Shown: positions 57,907 to 64,000 of the stretch, piece after piece | Layout of the letters: each line of letters opens with the position of its first letter | Position numbering within the stretch: the first letter of the stretch is position 1 | NCBI GenBank assembly: GCA_964230645.1 | Contig: CAXRHT010000003.1 | Span: 352,001 to 416,000 of the forward strand | Reading direction: 5' to 3' | Origin: Bdellovibrionales bacterium | Lineage (GTDB): Bacteria; Bdellovibrionota; Bdellovibrionia; Bdellovibrionales; JAGQZY01 | Length of the DNA stretch: 64,000 nt | Program-made: the position numbers and the translations under genes | The notes under the pieces: generated by a model | What the model was told of the DNA's origin: nothing | Databases searched by the model: none | Seen by the model: only the letters and a program-made list of their open reading frames with translations

Positions 57907-58422
57907 ATGAGAGTCGCACCCATTGATATTGCTCAGAAAACATTTAGTCGCAAATTTTACGGTTTGGATACAGAAGAGGTTTACGATTTTCTTCGAGACG
58001 TGGCCGACGATTTTGAAAGCCTTGCAAGGCAAGTCGACCAACTTAAAGAAAGCCAAAAGAGAAACGATGAATCTCTAGAGGAGTACAAGCAAAGAGAAGA
58101 GGCACTAAAACAAACTCTTCAAACCGCCTCTCAGATGTCTGAAAGAATGAGATCAGAGGCTCAAAGAGAAGCTGATATTATTATTAAAGAGGCTCGTCAG
58201 CGAGCGGACATCATTATCAAAGAAGCCAGGGATTCTCTGCGCAATATGTATCAGGACATTAATGATCTGAAAAAATCACGTATGCAGTTTGAAGCCGGAT
58301 TAAAATCCCTAGTGAAAGCTCATCTTGCCATGATTGATCAAGGCCACACAGTGGTTCCTGATCCAAAAGTACAAGCCGATATGGTGGAGGAGAACACTCC
58401 CGAGAGGCCGGCTGAAGTCTAA
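57907..58422 (+). CDS. divIVA: DivIVA-domain protein
   Basis: P.DI..K.F..K..G.D..EV..FL followed by coiled coil; GGAGG RBS. Confidence 0.92.
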   Translation: MRVAPIDIAQKTFSRKFYGLDTEEVYDFLRDVADDFESLARQVDQLKESQKRNDESLEEYKQREEALKQTLQTASQMSERMRSEAQREADIIIKEARQRADIIIKEARDSLRNMYQDINDLKKSRMQFEAGLKSLVKAHLAMIDQGHTVVPDPKVQADMVEENTPERPAEV

Positions 58423-58450
58423 AATTCAGGCGTTTTATCATTTTCAAAAG

Positions 58451-58479
58451 AGGAGAGCCCTAGTCGCTCTCCTTTTTTT
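58451..58479 (+). terminator. Rho-independent terminator after divIVA
   Basis: AGGAGAGC / GCTCTCCT stem followed by a T run. Confidence 0.8.
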
Positions 58480-58535
58480 ATTGGTGTTGTGCGCCCTTAC
58501 TAGCCTCGAAGCCTTTTGCAAGGCACATTCAAGAC

Positions 58536-59750
58536 ATGACATCGGAGCAGAAGCGGTCGTTAGCCCTCATATTCTTCACGGTTTTTTTGGATTTGGTCGG
58601 ATTCGGAATCATTCTTCCGCTCATTCCCTACCTTGCTCGTGAGTTTTCGGCCACCCCGCTTGAGATTGGTCTCCTCATGGCGATCTTCTCATTCATGCAA
58701 TTTATTTTTTCTCCCATGTGGGGAAAGCTCAGTGATCGTTTCGGAAGAAGACCGATTATTCTTACCAGTCTTTTTGGGGCCACTTTTGCCTATGTATTTT
58801 TTGCTTTTTCAAAAGAGCTTTCGCTACTTTTTGTGGCTCGAGGCTTGGCTGGATTCTTTGCGGCCAATATCTCTGCGGCTCAAGCCTACATCGCAGACAT
58901 CACTCCCAAGGAAAAACGCTCGGTGGGAATGGGCTTAATCGGTGCGGCCTTTGGCTTAGGCTTTATAATGGGGCCAGCCATTGCAGGTCTCACTGGTCCC
59001 ATTGGCGAGGCCATAGGAGATGAGGCTCCCTTTGGAATTCAGTTCTCAGCCCTTGTAGCAGCCGGCCTTAATCTTATAAATCTCATTTTAGCTTTTTTCA
59101 TGCTTCCGGAAACTCTTACGGAGGAAAAGAAAAATCAAAGTTCACGGGTGGGGAGAGTGGAGTCTTTTACTTTTGTGTTTAAAGATCCTCTCTTAAGATC
59201 CCTCTTTCTGATCTTTCTTTTAATCAGTTTAGCGATGGCTCTTATGGAAGTGATGGTCTTTCCGTTCGTTCAAGACCGCTTTAATTGGGGTTACAAAATT
59301 GCGTCCATCAGTTTTGCCTATGTAGGGATCGTGATGGTTTTAACCCAGGGCTACTTTATTAGAAAATGGATTCCAAGATTTGGTGAGAAAAAGACCTTGT
59401 TCTTCGGGCTGGTTGCCATGATGCTCAGTTTCGTTGGTATAGGCCTTAGTCATTCTATTGCTTTTCTCGCTGTGGTTATGACTTTGTTGGCGATTGGTAA
59501 TGGTTGTATGCGACCACCGATTGTGGGGCTGGCCTCAGTGATCGCTGATGATGAGCAGCAAGGTTACGTTCTTGGTGTAATGAATTCCATGGGAGCTATT
59601 GGCCGTATCGTAGGACCGGTGATTGGAGGACTTCTCTATCAGGAAATCTCCCAAGGAGCCCCATTTTACGCCTCGGGCGTTCTAGCGCTCTTATCTGTTC
59701 TCATTTATATCACGGTACGTTCGACCTTACCGGACCCCCAGAAAGAGTAG
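58536..59750 (+). CDS. MFS transporter (TetA/DHA1-like)
   Basis: D.VGFGIILP, GKLSDRFGRRP, AYIAD.T...R, GLGF..GP motifs; about 12 TM. Confidence 0.92.
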   Translation: MTSEQKRSLALIFFTVFLDLVGFGIILPLIPYLAREFSATPLEIGLLMAIFSFMQFIFSPMWGKLSDRFGRRPIILTSLFGATFAYVFFAFSKELSLLFVARGLAGFFAANISAAQAYIADITPKEKRSVGMGLIGAAFGLGFIMGPAIAGLTGPIGEAIGDEAPFGIQFSALVAAGLNLINLILAFFMLPETLTEEKKNQSSRVGRVESFTFVFKDPLLRSLFLIFLLISLAMALMEVMVFPFVQDRFNWGYKIASISFAYVGIVMVLTQGYFIRKWIPRFGEKKTLFFGLVAMMLSFVGIGLSHSIAFLAVVMTLLAIGNGCMRPPIVGLASVIADDEQQGYVLGVMNSMGAIGRIVGPVIGGLLYQEISQGAPFYASGVLALLSVLIYITVRSTLPDPQKE

Positions 59751-59856
59751 ATCTTGCTTTCAAGCCTTTGTAAAAACTTCTTCAACTTAGCTCCAGGCTT
59801 TCATTCTCCCAGCGAATTCGCTAATCAGACCTAGTATCTCTTGCAAAGGTTTTGTC

Positions 59857-60309
59857 ATGAATAAAATTTTAATACTATTAGTAATTTTAGTGGGATCTTA
59901 CAGCCATGCTATGGAGACAGTGACTGTTCCCTTCAGTAATGGTGATTTGGAATTAACCGCTTCTATACAATTTTCAGAATCGGACGATGCTATTTATGTC
60001 GAAGATGTTTCCTTGGAAATTCCCTCAGTTTCTCATGGAACCCTTCTGCTCGTGGCAGAATTTGGTTGGGGCGATGGTCCCTATAATTATTTGTGTGAAA
60101 CTATCAGCCAATCTCTTCTCGGGTCGAAGACCTACAAATACGCATCGGCATACGGATACGTGGCGGAGCCAAGCCTTCTTGGTGGTTTTCTCACGAGTCG
60201 CTCCTACTTGATCATTAATCGAGACCAGTCATTTACGGTTGCGGATTCTTACCCGAATTCCACCTATGACTCCGGTTTTGCCTGCTACGCTCAAGAGATG
60301 GTTTATTAG
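59857..60309 (+). CDS. Hypothetical secreted protein
   Basis: Signal peptide MNKILILLVILVGSYSHA; no family recognised. Confidence 0.6.
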   Translation: MNKILILLVILVGSYSHAMETVTVPFSNGDLELTASIQFSESDDAIYVEDVSLEIPSVSHGTLLLVAEFGWGDGPYNYLCETISQSLLGSKTYKYASAYGYVAEPSLLGGFLTSRSYLIINRDQSFTVADSYPNSTYDSGFACYAQEMVY

Positions 60310-60374
60310 CGTCTCGAACGGCCTTTAATTAGGCTTTTTTTGGCCAAGACAGCGCCTTTTATTTGTGCTAAACC

Positions 60375-63062
60375 ATGGACATGTCTGAACAATTAAGTGA
60401 TCGATACAATCCGCAGGAAGTTGAAACTCGAATCTATCAAGATTGGGAGGAGAAGGGCTATTTTAAGGCTGAGGATCAGTCCACTAAGCCTCCTTTCTCA
60501 GTGATTTTACCTCCTCCAAACGTCACGGGCTTTCTCCATATGGGTCATGCTCTGGATCACACCATCCAAGATGTTCTTGTACGTTGGAAGCGGATGTCGG
60601 GATTTAATACTTTGTGGCTTCCTGGTTCCGATCATGCGGGGATTGCCACCCAGGCGGTGGTTGAAAAAGATCTCCGTAAAGAAGGCAAAGACCGTTTAGA
60701 AATGGGGCGCGAGGCCTTTCTTGATGAAGTTTGGAAGTGGAAAAAAACCTATGGGGATCGCATCTACTCCCAGATGAAACGTCTTGGTGACTCTGTGGAT
60801 TGGGACCGTGAGGTTTTCACTCTCGATGAAGGAGTTTCCCAGGCCGTTCGCAAAGTCTTTGTTCACCTTTACAAAAAGGGTTGGCTTTATCAGGGTGAAA
60901 AATTGGTGAACTGGTCTCCCCCTTTACAGTCGGCGATTTCCGATTTGGAAGTGGTTCATAAAGACACCAAAGGTCAGCTTTATCACCTCGCTTATTCTAT
61001 CGAGGACAGTGATGAAAAAATAATTATCGCCACCACAAGACCTGAAACTTATTTAGGTGATGCTTGCGTCTGTGTGCATCCTCAAGACGAGCGCTATAAG
61101 AATCTCATTGGTAAGAATGTTGTTTTACCGATCATTGATCGCAAAATACCTATAATTGCTGACGAGTATGTTGATAAAGAGTTTGGAACGGGAGCTTTAA
61201 AAGTAACTCCGGCCCATGACTTTAATGATTATGAGTTAGGTAAAAAACACAATCTCGAATTTATTAATATTCTCAACGTCGATGGGACTCTTAATGAAAA
61301 TGGCCGGCCTTATCAGGGACTCAAAGCTCAAGAGGCTCGCAAACAAGTGGTCAAAGATCTTGAGGAAAAAGGTTTTCTTATTAAAACTGAACCTCACCAG
61401 CACGCTGTGGGTTACTGTGATCGAACAGGAGCTGTGGTTGAACCTTATTTAAGTAAACAATGGTTTGTGAAAACAAAAGATATATCAACTCCCGCTCGTC
61501 ATGTTGTTAGCAATGAAACCATTAAGTTTGTTCCTGAGCAGTGGACTAAAACATACATTCATTGGATGAATATTATCGAAGACTGGTGTGTTTCTCGTCA
61601 GCTGTGGTGGGGGCACCGTATTCCAGCCTGGTATTGCGATGACTGTGAAGGTGTCACTGTTGCGGAGGAAGACCCTTCTTCTTGTGAGTCTTGTGGGAGT
61701 AAAAAAATTCATCAGGATGAAGACGTTCTTGATACTTGGTTTAGCTCAGGTCTTTGGCCTTTTAGCACCCTTGGGTGGCCTGAAGAAACAGAGGCTCTGA
61801 AAACTTTTTACCCAACCTCTGTCCTCGTGACCGGTCATGATATTATCTTCTTTTGGGTGGCTCGTATGATCATGATGGGCCTTGAAATAAAAGGGGATGT
61901 CCCGTTTAGGCAAGTCTATATTCATGGACTTATCCGCGACAGCCAAGGCCGAAAGATGTCGAAGTCCCTTGGTAATTCTATTGATCCGGTTGAAATGATC
62001 GAACAGTATGGAGCGGACGCTCTTCGCTTTACACTGATGGCGCAAATGGCTACAGGGAAAGATTTGAAATTTTCTCTTCAACGTCTTGAAGGTTATCGAA
62101 ACTTTATGAACAAGGTGTGGAATGCCACGCGCTTTAGTCTTTCTAATATGGAAAGCTTTGAAGCCCCTAAAGAGGGTGTTGATGCCGTTGTGCCCGTTAC
62201 AGACCTTACAACCGCTGATCAGTGGTTAATTTACCAAACAGGCCTTGTGGAAAAAGAGGTCAATGAGTCCCTTGAGGATATGAGGTTTTCCGATGCAGCC
62301 AACCGCATTTATTCTTTTGTTTGGCACGAGTTCTGTGACTGGTACCTGGAGTTTTCAAAGCCCATTCTTTACGGTAAAGATGAAAACCAGAAAGCTGTCA
62401 CTCAACTTGTTTTGGCTCAGACACTCAATCGAATTGTTAGACTTCTGCATCCCTTTGCTCCTTTTATTACCGAGGAAATTTATTCGAAACTTCCCATTCG
62501 AAACGAAGCCTGTATTGTTGATGAGTTCCCTGAGTTTGAACGCGATCAAAAGTGGCTCGCACTTGGTAACGAGGAAGCCTCTTTTGAAATGGAGTTAGTG
62601 AAATCAGTGATCACAGCCATTCGAAACATCCGAGGGGAGAATAGAATTAAACCCTCTGAGAAAATTGCTGTGTGGCTTACTCCTCAAGATGATCGCTCTC
62701 AAAAAATTCTTGGTAACAATAAATCAGAAATAATGAGACTAGCCTCACTTGAAAGCTGTAAGATTGAAAAACGCGATAGCCTCAGCAAATGTGCTGTCAC
62801 ACCGATTCGCATGGATAATTCAGTGATCGATGTGGTGATTCCCTTGGAGGGATTGGTTGACCTTGAAAAAGAGGTGGATCGTCTGAATAAGCAGATAGAA
62901 AAGCAGCAAAAAGATATCAAGAAACTTCAAGGCAAACTCAGTAACGAAAAGTTCGTGGCGAATGCGCCAGAAGACGTCGTGGAAGCGGATAAACAATTGC
63001 TTTCCACTCTTATCGCGCAAGTGGATGAAATGAGAACGGCATTAACAAGGCTGTCCTCCTAA
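60375..63062 (+). CDS. valS: Valine-tRNA ligase
   Basis: PPPNVTG.LHMGH, WCVSRQLWWGHRIP, KMSKS, C-terminal coiled coil. Confidence 0.98.
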   Translation: MDMSEQLSDRYNPQEVETRIYQDWEEKGYFKAEDQSTKPPFSVILPPPNVTGFLHMGHALDHTIQDVLVRWKRMSGFNTLWLPGSDHAGIATQAVVEKDLRKEGKDRLEMGREAFLDEVWKWKKTYGDRIYSQMKRLGDSVDWDREVFTLDEGVSQAVRKVFVHLYKKGWLYQGEKLVNWSPPLQSAISDLEVVHKDTKGQLYHLAYSIEDSDEKIIIATTRPETYLGDACVCVHPQDERYKNLIGKNVVLPIIDRKIPIIADEYVDKEFGTGALKVTPAHDFNDYELGKKHNLEFINILNVDGTLNENGRPYQGLKAQEARKQVVKDLEEKGFLIKTEPHQHAVGYCDRTGAVVEPYLSKQWFVKTKDISTPARHVVSNETIKFVPEQWTKTYIHWMNIIEDWCVSRQLWWGHRIPAWYCDDCEGVTVAEEDPSSCESCGSKKIHQDEDVLDTWFSSGLWPFSTLGWPEETEALKTFYPTSVLVTGHDIIFFWVARMIMMGLEIKGDVPFRQVYIHGLIRDSQGRKMSKSLGNSIDPVEMIEQYGADALRFTLMAQMATGKDLKFSLQRLEGYRNFMNKVWNATRFSLSNMESFEAPKEGVDAVVPVTDLTTADQWLIYQTGLVEKEVNESLEDMRFSDAANRIYSFVWHEFCDWYLEFSKPILYGKDENQKAVTQLVLAQTLNRIVRLLHPFAPFITEEIYSKLPIRNEACIVDEFPEFERDQKWLALGNEEASFEMELVKSVITAIRNIRGENRIKPSEKIAVWLTPQDDRSQKILGNNKSEIMRLASLESCKIEKRDSLSKCAVTPIRMDNSVIDVVIPLEGLVDLEKEVDRLNKQIEKQQKDIKKLQGKLSNEKFVANAPEDVVEADKQLLSTLIAQVDEMRTALTRLSS

Positions 63063-63068
63063 ACTTTT

Positions 63069-63923
63069 TTACTGGCAGCTCCATAAGGACTGTGGGTCCA
63101 CACGGCGGCCGCGGATAATCGCTTCCAAATGAACGTGGGGAATCATGCCACGCACATTGGCGTTGCCTGTGTTTCCAACTTTTCCGACCTGAGTTCCGAT
63201 GCCCACGCGTGTGTTATGACCAACGCGTGTGTTAGCTTGCAAGTGCATCATGGTGAACCGGTCTCCATTGTCACAGGTGATCTCAATGAGATTTCCTGCA
63301 GCACCCACATAACCGGAGCGGGTCACTCGTCCTACACAAGGGGATTTTAATGGAGTACCTATAGGTGCTCTGTAGTCACAACCATTGTGTCTTCGACTGC
63401 CGCCTCCTCGGGAGGCCCCGTAAGCACCCTGTCCATAGCGATCATTTCTAATGCCGAGACAACGATCTAGTACGAACCTATGTTGATTGTTACCTCTTGG
63501 AGCCACTGATCCAGAATTGTCAGGAGTGGGTGCTGAGGGAGGATTTCTATAACCGTAATTTCTCATTGAGGCACATTGCCCTGTTCCCAGCGCTCTAAGC
63601 TCTGATTGATTAAAAGCTCCCTGGTGCACCCAACCTTCGCGATTGGGGCAGTTGGGGTGTCCGATACGAACCCAGTTTCCAGAAATTCCTAATGCCAGAA
63701 CATTGCTCATACCACTGGATCTCAGGGTTCCACCACAAATACCTCTATGCTTTTCTCGACCACTTGAGGTGGGGCGTCTTCTGATAATAAAATTTGAATT
63801 TTGAACATCGATATTACAAGCGTGTTCAGAGATGACTTCATCGCGAGGTGTTCGAGTGACCTCAGCATTAGCGCCCGAATAAAATAAGAAGATAAGAAGA
63901 ACGGAAAGGAAACTAATTTTCAT
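63069..63923 (-). CDS. Secreted SH3b + M23 metallopeptidase
   Basis: Signal peptide; SH3b-like region (IR..P, GNWVRI, EGWV); M23 HNGCD (HxxxD), G.VG.TGNA and HVH (HxH). Confidence 0.88.
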   Translation of the reverse strand: MKISFLSVLLIFLFYSGANAEVTRTPRDEVISEHACNIDVQNSNFIIRRRPTSSGREKHRGICGGTLRSSGMSNVLALGISGNWVRIGHPNCPNREGWVHQGAFNQSELRALGTGQCASMRNYGYRNPPSAPTPDNSGSVAPRGNNQHRFVLDRCLGIRNDRYGQGAYGASRGGGSRRHNGCDYRAPIGTPLKSPCVGRVTRSGYVGAAGNLIEITCDNGDRFTMMHLQANTRVGHNTRVGIGTQVGKVGNTGNANVRGMIPHVHLEAIIRGRRVDPQSLWSCQ

Positions 63924-64000
63924 TGAGTCCCTCCAATCTTACCGTTGCTATCGGAAACTAAAAGCGAATCGGAGAATCGAATTTTTGATCCCTTCCGTCG

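Noticed and set aside
58536..59750. MFS gene as acquired tetracycline resistance
   Set aside because: No tetR or mobile context. It sits in core synteny between divIVA and valS, and the substrate cannot be inferred.
1..64000. CRISPR arrays, tRNA/rRNA, prophage, transposases, and the many short antisense or nested ORFs in the track
   Set aside because: I saw no repeat-spacer periodicity or RNA-gene signature other than rnpB. The short ORFs overlap well-supported genes in other frames. This was a visual scan, so small elements could have been missed.

Overview
A core chromosomal segment (roughly 40% GC by eye) from a bacterium that is most likely a predatory member of Bdellovibrionota. This is inferred from the tadC-DUF192-FHA-FHA-FHA cluster divergent from maf-yggS-proC-divIVA-MFS-valS, together with a cN-II nucleotidase and a Pif1 helicase. 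I saw no rRNA, tRNA, CRISPR array, transposase, prophage or defence island. Recognisable content: phhB; a DUF1287 / Zn-peptidase / Ddl-like ATP-grasp / SDR cluster; rnhA and rnpB; an osmoprotectant-type ABC importer; a leucine-degradation (liu/MCC) operon; a panG-panB-panC-coaBC-coaX-panD operon; hppD-ribD; a biotin operon; msrAB; an MMPL transporter; an M16 peptidase; exbBD/tolQR; a Tad/FHA cluster; the divIVA cluster; valS; and an SH3b-M23 peptidase. Best candidates for new biology: (1) a bioB-bioF-bioDA-(di-iron, BioE-like) operon with no bioC/bioH, facing a MarR regulator across a TAGTTGA-N5-TCAACTA palindrome; (2) a DnaA-box cluster with an IHF-like site between convergent genes; (3) a Zn-peptidase plus non-canonical Ddl-like ligase module; (4) a PP2C-fold pseudophosphatase and an output-less FHA sensor in the Tad/FHA cluster; (5) an RNase P RNA apparently lacking P13/P14; (6) a 130-bp MITE-like element with 22-bp perfect inverted repeats; (7) a DUF1285-methyltransferase fusion. 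All family assignments come from motif recognition by eye; no searches were run.
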